Of a stretch of 64,000 nt of DNA, positions 25,321-38,450 are shown in pieces (position 1 is the stretch's first letter; every line of letters starts with the position of its first letter). Under the pieces are notes generated by a model that searched no databases, was not told the origin of the DNA, and saw only the letters and a list, made by a program, of their open reading frames with translations. Source of the DNA: Phoronis australis. Taxonomy: Eukaryota; Animalia; Phoronida. The stretch is taken from the NCBI GenBank assembly GCA_002633005.1, contig NMRA01000011.1:110214-174213 (forward strand), given 5' to 3'. The position numbers and the translations under genes are program-made.

Positions 25321-27962
25321 TGCCAATGTGTCTTTTTCCTAGTTTCGTGGAAAATAAAAATGTGTTGATTCCATTTCATTACTTGTGATTTGTTGGCCGT
25401 CAGCGTACATTCTGGCCAAACATAATTGCAGGATCACAGAAAACACTTCATATTCACATTTTTGCAATTACACTCATGGCAACGACAACGACACACAAAC
25501 CAGAGTTACCCGTATTTACGTTTACGTAGTTCTTGAACTCATTGTAAGTGTTGCTTGTTAGCGTGCGGTGGATGGGGACACATTTTTTCACCTGCACCAA
25601 AACCCCATCCCCCACATCGCCACTTTTCCATCGATTCATTCGGTTTGGTTTTGTAGATGCCAAAGAGTCCAATGATTAAGATGACGGTCCACTTTCAGTA
25701 TACACCTATTGAGACAAAGTACTCGCACTAAAAGTATACATGTGAGTACGCCTACCGCAACATCCCTGTTCTTCCTAATCCTGCGCATTTCGGTAGTAAC
25801 GCAGCAGTGTTGCCGCTCACCGGTAACGCATACCACTACTTGCAGTTGTCATAAATCACACTTTCCTTCTAAATGTAGGCTAAGCACATGTATCGTAGTT
25901 TTTCAAGATGACGCAGTTTTCTGCAGTGCGGCTCAACGATTAACTCGCGACTGCCAAAATACGAAATTCTAAAACAACCGCAGTTTCAAACGGTATATTT
26001 TAGCGATATTGACGTGACACGTCCATGGCCAACCCAGTGGATGGTGATGCTGCCTTCAATTTCCTGGATCAGCCTCCGCTGGGATTAGCGCAGGCCAAAT
26101 TGGACCATCAATCAGGTATTCATTGAAAGAATAATGCCTTCTACCCAGAAGTAACGTCTTAGACCATTCAACATGTCAAGCAGAGATTAATCGCCCTGTT
26201 GAAGCTGTGCATGTAATTTGCATACGAAATTTGATGCCGTCTGCCCTCCAGTGTTTGTCTACACCATGCTCATTTCTGTATGGAAAATGTCATTTGATGC
26301 CTGGTGAAAAGAATGCCCCATTTTTGATAATCAATCCATCAGTAGACCTTGCATACAACGGTTTACAGTAGCCTCTTAAGTCAATATGCTTCGACGTAAA
26401 ACAGCTTTTGATCAAGTAAAAACTCTCCCGGTAAAATTTAGCTACAATGTGAAACACACATCGTCCGGATAGTGATCTTTTGGTCAATCGATTCACTAGT
26501 TAAATTCATCTAACTTCTATTGATTTTATCATATCTCCTATGAAACTGACAAGTTGGGCGTGGAAGATTATAAGCACATAAATAAAAAATGACGTGTTTC
26601 TTTGCCATTATTTTGATGGTCGGTAAATGTAGTTTGGCCAAGTTCTTAATGGACTAGGACGTGCTAGAGGCGCATTAAGCTTCGTACAGATAATTTGTTC
26701 GCAGAAGAATTCGTCCAAAGTATGTGCAAGTTGTACGGTGGTCAAAAGAAGACGTGGGGTTTTTATGACATTCCAAAAAAAAATCGGGTTTTTGCAATTT
26801 CTGCTTTTCACCACCCAAGTGGAAGTGTTTTCAAATGGTGAGAAATTTTAAAAATTACAAAAATAAACCAAAAATGTACAAATGTCTGAAAAATGCTTGT
26901 GACGGTGTTCTGGTGACTATTTCATATTTACGTGAAGTGGCTTCCTTAAGCAACAGTTACAACATTTTAAAGGGAACAGCACTTTCTTAACCGCAGACGT
27001 TTACGAGAGAGTGGGGCCGGCTTGTTTCTCTGTAATAGGACCTGAGAGTGGAGACGACTTAATTCTCTGAAGTAGGGCCGTCCCGGATTACACAGTGCAG
27101 CGATAGAACTCTTCGCAGGTTAGAAAGCGTTTTGTTTTCCACGCCTGTTTTGCTAGATTCATGCCATACGCATTTTTACAGGTCACGTCAGAAATTGCCG
27201 ATGTGTACAGCCGTGGAAATATTTCCGGTTGAACCATTTAAAAGTACCGGAATAGAAAAGATGTTTTCAAAAAAGAAGATTCTGCAAGGTTAAGAATTAA
27301 CGAACATGCTTTATCCAGCTGCTCCGCGTTTTCTTATCTTTGATTGATGTCGGGAAAACAAAGAACTTGGCATCACGCAACCACACACATTCGTTAAATT
27401 TATTTAACTTTCGTTCTTAATGTATATCTATACAGAAGTGGCAAGGGCTAGAAAAAAGATGACGGAAATTGGAAATTACATTAGGTCTAATTTAGTTTCA
27501 ACTGGAAAATACCGGTCAGTTGTAGAACACATGTGATTAATATACATTACATGTATGCTAATCTGTTTGGTTAACGTGACAGCTTCTGAGTTTAAGAAGT
27601 TAGTGCTGTTGATTTTTTCCGGTTTGAACAAATGTGTTAGTGCAAGGGAATAAGCTACCGCCATGCTGTTTGTCTTCCATTTGGAGTACTTGCTGGGTTA
27701 CCCGAGTACTGTGACGTCACACTTCCGGACACCATTGGTAGCTAAAAAACAGTGCGCGACTTGTTAATCATCAAAGGGCCCCAATGAAGAAAGGGCTCTC
27801 TTCATGATTGGGTCCATTTCAAAAACGCATTATGCAGATTCTTGATCGATGGGATTCTTGTTGTTATAATAAGCTTTGACCAGAACTATAAAAATCCATT
27901 GTGGTTTTGTGATTTTATAATACACCGCCAATTCTCTTGGTTGCCGGTCTGTCAGACATTCG

Positions 27963-28037
27963 CCTCGCAGGTTCCCTACGTGCCTAGCCAGCACGCTGGC
28001 TACCGACCACCTAGCGGCATGCAGGGAACCAGCGAGG
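27963..28037. mobile_element. 75-bp hairpin/MITE-like insertion with flanking direct repeats
   Basis: The 22-bp inverted arms match at 19/22 positions (cctcgcaggttccctacgtgcc / ggcatgcagggaaccagcgagg). ACATTCG is duplicated on both sides. Confidence 0.65.
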
Positions 28038-28540
28038 ACATTCGCCTGAAATCAGCAGGCCCGTGACTATAATGATTAATGCTGCATTCCGCCTCGTCGG
28101 TTTAGAAAGTCGAATCAAGCCTTTTACTCTGATAAACTCGGTCGCATAATAGTCCAGTGCCGTGATTGGAGTCCATCTCCGTCGCAAACAACAACATTGA
28201 AACTATCATCTGCTAAGCACAATTAGCTATATATAATCTATCTCACTGCTTATGCACACCGGAAAATAGCGAATTCAACAACGGCGTATGGCAACGCCTG
28301 CATTGCCTGTGATTTGACTTGATAATAAGAACCCTACCACGGCAGAAATATCATGAGACCGATTTTGGGGAGTAAAAGGCATAATAAGATTTTCGTTTTT
28401 AGCCAGTTACATGGGCGGCGCAGCAATGAAATACATGTAAGTGGGTGTTTACCCACCCCCACCCCAGCCCCTTATGGTGGGCCTCCCATGAGTTATAGAG
28501 AAGAAAATGCATGAGCTTTAAGTACCGAGAAATTTATTGA

Positions 28541-28696
28541 CAGTGCTGTAGAGGTAAAATTCGTGGTAAGTAGGTGCCCAAAGCCTACCGTATCACATTG
28601 GGCACTGAACGTAACTTATGGTGCGTAGGCGCTAAGTTCAAATGCCAAAAGGTAGTTGGCTGCACCTACGTGCGCCTACGCTCCACTACAGCACTG
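28541..28696. mobile_element. hAT-type MITE, 156 bp
   Basis: TIR CAGTGCTGTAG / CTACAGCACTG, with a perfect 8-bp TSD TTTATTGA at 28533-28540 and 28697-28704. Confidence 0.9.
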
Positions 28697-29870
28697 TTTA
28701 TTGAGTGGGATTGAGCTTCGGCAGCAGAACGTTAGGCTGCGACCGCGGGCATATTTCAAGTTCATTTCTGCGCTGGAGATGACCTCGAGAGTTTACATTT
28801 CTGTCTCATATTTGTCCCCTTTGACGGTATTTATTGAAAGCATACATGTAAAGACGTTCATAGGAATGGTGTCATTTGTATATTAAGGAGGACCCGGCAT
28901 ACTAGTCTACAGGTGTGTCCCTGATATTTTTCTCCTACGGTGCCTCTTCGTTCCAATAACCATTGGTCGGCTGACTCTGACTACAGAAACATTTTGATAT
29001 CAACAACCGATTTCACGATTTTATGCTTTGGTTATAATTAACGAGAAAAGTTGGGTACGCAGGTCTACAATTTGTACAGATGAACCCAAGCTGCTCACAG
29101 TATTTATTCATGAAGGTCTAGGTATTTGGGATCCCAACTATGACCCCTGGGACCATATTGCGAACGAACATTTGAACCGTGTGTGGTGTACATGTACAGC
29201 TCCTGATATAGCTGAAACGTTTTTCATGCCAGTACAGTTATAATCTATCAGTGGGACCTGCTTGTACGGACCAAGGTTTGCCAAACAACGTCATTGTAAT
29301 AAGCGACAGACGACGCATTTACATGTAACACATGCATATATGAAGTCTACATTTTCGAAATTATCTTTGCGAAACTGTTATGATCAAAATAACGAAGCAG
29401 TCTCTCCAAGTTTCCCCAGATATGCCTCTTGTCATTTTAAAACGCCGTTTTTCATCTTCCAAATATTTTTTTGCGATGTCATCGTCTCGTTCAATTTAAG
29501 CACTGTGACATCCTACAGTACAGTGTACCTCCCATGGATCTGACCCTATGGGTTGTCATTTCATATCGTTTCATTTCGTTCATAGAATCGAGTTTAGTGC
29601 CCATTATACTTTACTGTTGAAGTAATAAACCACAAGCCATTTATTGAACATTTGATCTTCTACTTAAGCGATTTCGTAACAATCAAAACCTCCTTACGTC
29701 ATGTTTGTTGTTTTTAATTGTATAAGCTTATATAAGTTTAGGTTCATCTCTTGCTCTCTTCCTTGCTAACAGGAACATTGTGTTGCTACAGCTTCCTCTC
29801 CAACACTGACGTTGAAAATCCAGGATTAGTACACACTTGCTACCGACGCTGTTGTTTGTAAACTAATTCC

Positions 29871-29884
29871 GTAACCATGGTAAC
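29871..29884. promoter_or_regulatory. RFX X-box-like motif GTAACCATGGTAAC
   Basis: Matches the GTNRC(N0-3)RGYAAC consensus. A consensus donor AG|GTGAGT follows at 30035. Confidence 0.35.
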
Positions 29885-30624
29885 AGCTACTTTTCGCCAG
29901 CGACATCCTGGCGGCATTCAATGATTCCATTTTAACTCGCCCCCCATCGACTATTAGTGTCATTTGCGCAGGGCAACGACATCTATTTGATCAGGAACTG
30001 TGGTACTTGTGACGTGTGATTGTCTACTTGTTAGGTGAGTTGTTTTTCAAAATCATTTTAAGCTTTGACAACAGAAAAGGACAAAGCTAGAACGTAATTG
30101 GATTTCCAGCGCATTATTTGTTGCGGGTTTCGTTTAGGCTGCGCAGAGCCCATAAAATCTTTCAAGGGGTGAGCCCGCTTCGAGGTGTAAAACCCACCCG
30201 CAGACAACCCCACGTCTGTGCTCATTTCTATACGTGCAAGTTTTCATACCCGTTGTAGAGTATCAAATAGCTAACGCCCACAATTGCGATTTTTGTTATT
30301 TCTCTCCTGGTGAAAAACGTTTACTTTGATGCATTGTTTATTTTGTATATTGGTTTGGTGTACAACAACATGGCCATTTTCCAATATTTTGTACATGTAT
30401 TTACTGAAACAGGGTTAACAACCTCGTAAGTTTAACCATCCTCCAAGAGGTTGGTCATTTAACCCTGTCTAAGCTCTCATAAGTTTCCTTTAGTGGTTTC
30501 ATTAATTGATACAAACTCACAAACAAAACCACCTCACAAGTCGAAGGAATTTTTTTCTTTTCTCTTCGATCAATCGAATCAGGCGAAACATTTATTTTAT
30601 CTTCATAAAAAAGGTTTATTACGT

Positions 30625-30638
30625 TTATTATCATCATT

Positions 30639-30685
<47 letters not shown>

Positions 30686-30690
30686 TATTA
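30625..30690. repeat. (ATC)n microsatellite
   Basis: About 15 perfect ATC units with ATT-variant flanks. It explains the poly-M, poly-H and poly-S ORFs. Confidence 0.97.
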
Positions 30691-33600
30691 CTTTTTATTA
30701 TTATAACATATCACTGAAATAGGAACGTCCCATTGGTACATTGCACTTAATTTTTACATTCCGTAACTGTAAGGGTTTTCAGAAGTTTGGGCATTTTGCT
30801 GGTGTACAATTTCTACTTCAAAAACCAAACTTAAACCTCAGTTTTATTTTAACTTGAAAGAAAAGACGTCCTGTTGAATAAATATTAATGGATAATGATT
30901 TGGCGAAAATAGTTGGTTTGGAATTCATTTAATGTACATTCTTTATTCGCAGTAGCAGCCGAACTCTTCCGCTGAGTCAAACCTCACGCGTCAAAATTTT
31001 TCAAACAAAATATAATAAAGACTTACGAATATTGTCAGTACCGTGACGCAAAGGCGAAACAGGAAAGCCGAACAACTTTTGCAAATTCATTTCCGGATCT
31101 TTGATAATTACATAATCGATATTTCGTTGTTTGTAAATTAACGTGTAAGCCAGGCTTACGCAATTGGTAAACCGTTCATTAAGTGTCGTTGCCGGAGGAA
31201 CTCATCACCAGGGAAATAGAACAAATTAAAAAGAGATTGAACTCAAATCGCTAATGATATCTTAAGTCTTGGGAAACCTGTTTACATAGACCACGCAAAA
31301 TATTTTGCGGTTTATGCTTATATCAAATCTTTGGTTTATGTAACGGTACTGCAGGGACGGTTTGATACGTACCTGTTACATGAGTTTCGCGGTGTGAACG
31401 GAAAATGTATGGACATTAGAATTTGCGGGGGTATTTACACCCAACGTTAAGCAGAAAAGTAACGCCACAGAGCAGTTTAACTTGTCTACACCAAATTTTT
31501 TGTGTGTCGAGCGTCAGCATTTTTAGAAACAACGTGGATGTGTCTTGTAATCACTAAAAGCACGCTTTTGCAACCATCTGATACACTGAACTCAACTTTC
31601 GATTTAACTTACCAATGTATCATTTTAAATAACAATTCGAAATACAAAATGTATCTATTCTCCAAACTTACCAACTCTGTCAGCATCAAATTTAGATATC
31701 GACCATTGGTTTGTATTGGGACAAACAGACATATCGGGGAGAACGTTCAACAGAATTGAAGCCGTGAAAATAAGACAACGGATCGTCGTTTGATTCCTTC
31801 ACGAGGTTTTCTATTATTTTGTGAAGGGTTGTGTAGCTGGGAAATTAATTTACCTACGTTTTGAGAGTGAACACGATAAAAACTGACCATCGAGGAGAGT
31901 TTTTAGAACGATAAAAGGTGTCCATTTGTCAGGATTCAACTGCAATTCGGCCAGTAGGATCCCAGGATGTCACTCATATTGACAAAGCGCTCACATACGG
32001 GTATCAAATGTTGCGAGTAGGCGGTACTTTTTCAGCAAGTTTTGAAGGACCCGCGCAGGTTCCAATAGGACCCTAAATTTCCATGTTGTCCCCGTGATAC
32101 AAAAATCTACCCCGCAAAAAGGGTTTGCAATAGCAGCCCTTGCACCCACATTAGGGAGGCTCTCAGCAATTGTTGTTACACACCTGCGGGCATCTTGTAC
32201 ATGTAAATATGAGTGACAACTTCGGGAATAAGATGCCCAGTGTTTGCTCTTTTTCACAATATTACACATCTGCAAATTGAAGAACTGTTATTTTTATTAA
32301 TTTCATCTACATGTTTTTCAAAAGCCTCAAAATTCCTCTTGAAGTAATTGCATAAAATATTTCAATGGCCAAAAACGACTTAAAAAGGTAACATTCCCCT
32401 TTTTGTTGAATGTGGTCAACATGTGCTCGTCTCAAAACCTACTACGTCATCCTTGTTTAATAATATGATTGGCATGCCCGACATGAAAAGAATTTCTGTT
32501 ATTCCTTCTACCAAAGAAAAGTTATGATCGGAGAAGAAGTGAGTTCGTTCATAATGCATTGGTCATTGGACAATTATTGTCGCGGTTACTATAGACCATG
32601 AGTTACTTGAGCTCAAATTGTTTGATTTGTGTAGCAGTTTAGTAATATTGTAGAATAAAAATGAAAAGAATATGTGTTAGTGTTTTACTGCAATACTGTA
32701 TAGCTTGGTGCTGCTAAAGGCATATTTCAACCACGTGACATTGTACTTGGCTAGTACAAAAACCTTGGTAAATGTAGTGTTAAGGTCATTTCTTTATTCC
32801 ACGCTGCATTGTACATTGTGATTAGAAAAGCCCGGCACACGCAGACCTACTGCTCAAGGCGTTCTTTAATCCACGTTGCATTGCACTGACACATATATAG
32901 AACAGTTTGGTAAGCCCTACAGTACATTTATACATGTATGTACTCCTAGTAGACGAGTTCAATTTTTATTGCTAAAGCCATTATTTACTTCTGTTCACCG
33001 ATTGCCCATACATGTAGATGTTTCTCCGGGTCAAGATGTTCTCTAGGTATTTGAATTCCAAGTTTTCATCCACGGCGATAGTGTCGTTTTTCAAATGCAT
33101 TGTGGGGCAGTTGTCGACCCGTAATATAAACATTTGGTGATTTCACAAATTTCCTAAAGGCGGGTATAACTTGATTTGGAGTTTGCGTTTTATTTGGTGA
33201 GGTTTGACTTTGGCGTAACTGACGTGAATGGCTAGTGCACTAGAATCTTTCGCGCAAAAGATTTGCGAGCTTAGGCATTTACTCCATGGCTCGTGGTTTC
33301 AATTTTTTATTTTTGTGCGATTGTTATAAAGTATAGGTGTCGCACCAAAGACATGTTGCAGTGACCGGATGCTGTCAATTCTGCTGCGCTCAAGAGGCAA
33401 TTGTTGTTCAACACCACACGGTTTAAAGTCATATGTGATAACAGCAGCGTTGTTATGATTAAATGCCCAGAATTGAAATGGAATCATTTATGGTTACAGT
33501 TGTATTCCCTGTGTTCAACCAAGAGGCTCTTAGTCCAGCAATTAAATCTTTTGGATAATGACTATTTGCACTTAGGGAATTGTTTATTACTCAATATTTC

Positions 33601-36119
33601 TGCTTATGTGGGAAATCATGGATCACGGACAACAAATTTGAAATTCAGGTATTTCCTATGAAGTTTGCAGACGAGGCACTATTCTCTTCCAGTGCGCAAC
33701 TTAGCTTCCGGTAAGCGAGCAGACGGCGTACATGTCTGACACACTTGTGGAATGCTTTAATTAAAAGGTCATCCTGCCGCAGAAACTTAATCTAATATAG
33801 TAATTTTTGCAGAAGATGTAAACCCTAAAATATCTTTTTATTCAATTGTTGAGGCTTTTGGACCTTAACTGTGGCAGGAAGCTATTCAGTAAAGATCTCT
33901 TGCTACAAAACAGCCCTCTGCAGAGTTCTCACAAATTCCCGGCGGCTACCCCAGTACAAGAGAGGAAACAAAAATCCAAATGCTGTTGCACTGTAGATTC
34001 TAGAAATCTAAGTTAAAGTCCCTTCTGTAGAAGGATGTGCTTTGAAAATGGCGGATAGAAACGAGAAGAGGCTAAAATTCTGGACTTCATTTACTTAAAA
34101 CAACTTCAAGGAACTACTGAGTGCCATTCGTGCCAATCACTGGCAAAAACTGACGTAAAACCTGACTCTCCATTCTTCGGTAGAACTAGAAACGAACCGT
34201 GGCTTTGGACCTTCAGAACATCTTGGATATTTTCCTAACCTATAGGCGAACACCCGGAGCCCTTCGGGTACTTTCGTAGCCTCAGCTCTTTCGTGGGAAG
34301 TGTTTGAAATGCGTGCAAGACTATGAAAAAAAAAATTGCCGTATATCTGACGTTCACACATACGCAGATATGAAACAATTCCAAGGGGGAATTTGTGGGT
34401 AAAAGAACACCCAAGGTCTTCCGTATGCTCAATGAGGTGTTATGGGCTGAGTTCGCGGCGTAAACGAAAACATTTCGCTAGCTTGTGCAATAACGTACTT
34501 CGTTTGTGATGCATGGCTGCATCTGTACCTTATTAGTTTTGCATTTTCGCTAGGTTCTCGCGTCTGCAGAGACCAGTCTCATAAGGATATACGTGGACTG
34601 AATTATGCTTGGGGCTTAACGCCTGTGTGTATCATGTATCTTCCGAGAACTGTACTTTTGCATAAGTGTCAGTCTTCGATTTAGATATCGCATTCCAACG
34701 GACTTTTGAAAACATTAATCAAATCTGCGGAAACGCTCTCGGCAGAGACATGCACGAGACGTGTGTGTGTGACTGGGTACACGGTGGAACACATATTCGT
34801 TTCATTATTAATTATGCAGACGAGAGGGTGAGCCGTGCTTGATTAATCGGATTTCGGCATTTGGGATGTCAGCGATAAATCAGACAACTGTCACATTGAG
34901 TAAAACAACACACAAATCTAGCGTATTTTATAGCTTGTTTTTCTTGCAACAACAACAACAGTGATCAGTCTAGTGAGAAAGGGGCATGAAACACGCCATA
35001 GTTGATACGGTAAACCAATACATTAGTTTGATTTTCAATGAAAACGCAAATCTATTTGTTTCTTAATACGACTTGCGTTCTAAAATTTTATATCCATTTT
35101 GTAAAACGAAAAAGGAAAACCCGTACTCTACTTCGAATCAATTTTTAGTTTGTATATTGGAAGTACGATACTAAACAAAATGAAATTTTCAAATTTAGTT
35201 TTACGCACTGGAAGTAGGATATTGAATACACATTGAAATTCCAGATTCCTGCCCTATGGGCATCATATTTGGAATGTGTGTGCTAGACTGGATTTTAAAG
35301 CAGATTGCGAAAAAGTCTTTTTTACCAAAAGAGGTTCTAAACTACTACGGTTGTACATTTGTTGTTCAATTGTAACTGAATCCTTTAAAATTATTTTTTG
35401 TTTTCTAATAGTGAAAGTAAACAATTTAAAATGTACCCTGGCATGTTCAATGTAACATTAACTGATTAAGATTGCACGCAAGAACGCTGTAACTCTTTCC
35501 GCATTGTTTCAACCAGAGTTCCAGGAGGGTTATTTTTTTTTCTTTAATATGAGCTAACCATCTAGTTGCGCAGTTAGTTTATAGAACAAGTTGCTTCGAA
35601 TTACTTCCTCTGATGTTTAAATTCGGACACTTCAAAGACGTGATGCAGCCGAACAGTCCGGAAAACATGATAAAAATATGGTTCAGTTAGCCATTTTATG
35701 GTATCGACTGCATTTCTTTCCGTACTGACCTTTTTTTTCTTAAATTCTCCCTTGTAATACACCTGTCGTGTACCACCGCACTCATTTTGCCATGTTTTCG
35801 CCCGCCGGCTCCAGAGACCAAACCGCTTCAGCTTCCCTACATGTACGTGAACGGTCCCTAGGTGTAATTAGACCAGTGCCTACCCAGAGACTAGAAGACT
35901 CCGATCTATCCAGGCTCGGGAATGGCCGCAGCCGGAAATGAGGTCAATGAGTAACTTAGCAACGAAATGGGACACCGACAGTAAGGGCACAGATTGGTCC
36001 CCTTTTCACTATAATTCTGCTTTACGTTTGATTTGATATTGTTATCTGATTAACAACAGCAACACATTTTTAATCTCACTGTCACCATGTACTGCGCTGA
36101 TGCATAGGTCGTAGTAAAT

Positions 36120-37300
36120 GTGCAGCACTGATGTGGCAAATGTAGTCAGCTCACGTGACTTCCTGGCTGGCGGCTGGAACAAGGATACAGACTATGACAT
36201 GCTCTATGATTTCAAGCACGTGCTTCTAGTGCCTCCTAACAGACGAGAAAAGAGGTGTAGTTGATGATAAAAGAACTAAATTCCGCAGAATTGAGTTTGT
36301 GGGAGAATAACTTCTGAAATCAGTTCTCAATAAAAAGAATTGCACTACTATCGAGAACGCCTGTGTGGAACGAATGGGGGAATTGTCTCCCCTGTCATTG
36401 CGGTGTGATAGAATGCTGAGGATTTGGTACAGCCTCACTCCCTCAGAACAAACGGAATTCGAAAAAATAAGATTCAAATCAAACTCTAGTGATGCACAAA
36501 TCAGAAATTTTCACCTGAAACAAATACGTGATTATTTTAGCAGTCGTGCAATGGTTTACAAGCACGATGAATGACTTAATGTAGTCATACATGTCGGTGT
36601 CGCCAGATTTGCGTGCTGTGGCCAATGACCCAAGGTCAGCCGAGAGTTTGGAAATGTCATACAGCATTGCCGCGTCTCTAGAATAAAGATCACCATTTGT
36701 TCTAACTTTTTGCTTGAAACCATTTTTAATGCAATGGAATTGCAGAACAAATTGACCGAAATAGATAGATCACGCGATATAAAATTGTCCTATCAGAAGA
36801 TTTCGCAAACAAGCATCCTCGTATCCAAGATCTGTCCACTTGCACACTTTCGTTGCCCACATCCGTGACAATTGAGTCACAAGTGTGGCATCCAATCAAA
36901 GATGCCTTCCTAGATTTGTCCCCTGTGTCATGTGACGGACGAGACAAAAGTGTTCGCAATTTTACTTGGAAATCAATTCGTAACACCTCCTAATTCCTAT
37001 ATATCCTTTCTCTCAAGGCATGCAATATCATTTTGGAAATTGTTGTTTTTTCACATGTAAAGTGTGGCAATTTTAAAAGCCAAATGGACAAAACTTTAGA
37101 GCATACAAATTGGCGATTTCTGTATCAGAGCCGCAACATTATTCCATACACGAAGCGTGTCAGAAAAAAGTGGATCTTAAATATGATCACTGGAGTAATG
37201 TTTTACATATTTTGATTATCTCGTGGAGTGGCTACCAAATAAGTTACAGTGAAAGACATTATCGGTGAGAAAAGTCTTTTTCTGAACCCAGGCGTGATCG
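36120..37300 (+). mobile_element. Decayed L1/Tx1-like LINE ORF2 3' region (zf-RVT-like)
   Basis: Fragments MLRIWYSLTPSEQTEFEKIRFKSNSSDAQIRN, RDIKLSYQKISQTSILVSK and ICPLCHVTDETKVFAILLGNQFV resemble the C-terminal region and CxxC....ET zinc knuckle of L1/Tx1 ORF2. Confidence 0.5.
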
Positions 37301-38149
37301 CAGTCAACTAAATCCAAATGATAACTGAAAGATTATTTTAGAGAAATCTTCAAAACACAAAGGATGTCATGCGTCATTTTGTTGCGAAAGCGTATAGGCT
37401 CAGTGTTTACTAATCTTAATCAGTTTTGCCACCGCACTTTTAATATATTTCTTCATCGATGACGTCCTTGGGGGTTTTGTGATAAGTTAGTTATATTTTC
37501 GCATATTATAAAAAGACGCTACTCACACTTTTCATTTGATCGCTTTATTATTCTTCTATAGTAGGCCTAATTCTAGTTAGACTTAGCTTACATCCTCAAT
37601 AGTTTTCCAATGTGTTTGCTTTCTTGCATGGCGCCATTTCCACATGACATGAACTACGGAATGGCGTGCAACACAGTGAAAACTTACACGGTGTTGACGA
37701 GAAACGAGGAATCCCAGGTGGCCACGTTTAAATAGATCTGCGGTATTGTTTCTTTTACCGGTAAACACTGAACCAGATAATCAAACAACCGAACAACCTA
37801 TTTATAAAATATTTTAGAACGTGAAACAAACACTTCCTGTATCCTGTGACTCAATTCTACACTTAATTATTCCAAATTTTTGCTGTTTTCAAACTTCCAG
37901 CGAGTGGAATATTCAATAAAACCCNTAAATAAAAAGTAACGTATATTTTAAATCGGTGAGTGTAGCTAGAACAAAAGAAACCTGAGCACAAGTGTTAGTG
38001 GTAGAAAATGCATGCGTAGAAAACTATTTACTGAGAGGTAGAGAAGACTTTGTACAGAAAGAACATACACGTCTACTCTATGTAAACACAAAGCATAGTC
38101 AAAACCCTAATGATTGTCAACACGAAGCGAAAGACATGACCCAATATCA

Positions 38150-38450
38150 GATACAGTTTTGGCACTCAAAGTCTTGAAGTTCCCTTAGAAAAGTCGAAAC
38201 TATTAACTTAAATTTTGTCAGATCATTACAGCATCTAATAGTTTCAAGCAATTTGTTCCACAGAGAAAGAGCAAAATCGGGAGACATATAAGACATTTTG
38301 TCCCCGGAAGTTATAGTATGATTGCCGCAATGCGAAGCAATCAATAGAATCTGGGCCGACATGGTGGACGTATCTGCCCTTGTTAGCAAAGCTGTACGCG
38401 AGGACCGGTAGTCATTAAACACAAACTTCAGGGCTTCAAACTGAAACTCT
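38150..38450 (-). mobile_element. CR1/L2-like LINE ORF2 extreme C-terminus fragment
   Basis: TSGDKMSYMSPDFALSLWNKLLETIRCCNDLTKFKLIVSTFL resembles the conserved G.RSFS...P.LWN.LP..IR......FK..LKT.L tail. Confidence 0.55.

Noticed and set aside
25454-25836. HLNHWTL and DSL...NSGLCVVV suggestive of a Ulp1/C48 protease
   Set aside because: The HW and DSL motifs overlap the same nucleotides in different frames, so the spacing is incompatible.
26025-26126. Coding-looking short ORF MANPVDGDAAFNFLDQPPLGLAQAKLDHQS
   Set aside because: No homology recognised, a weak donor, and no partner exons.
30455-30717. Poly-Met, poly-His and poly-Ser ORFs
   Set aside because: They are translations of the (ATC)n microsatellite.
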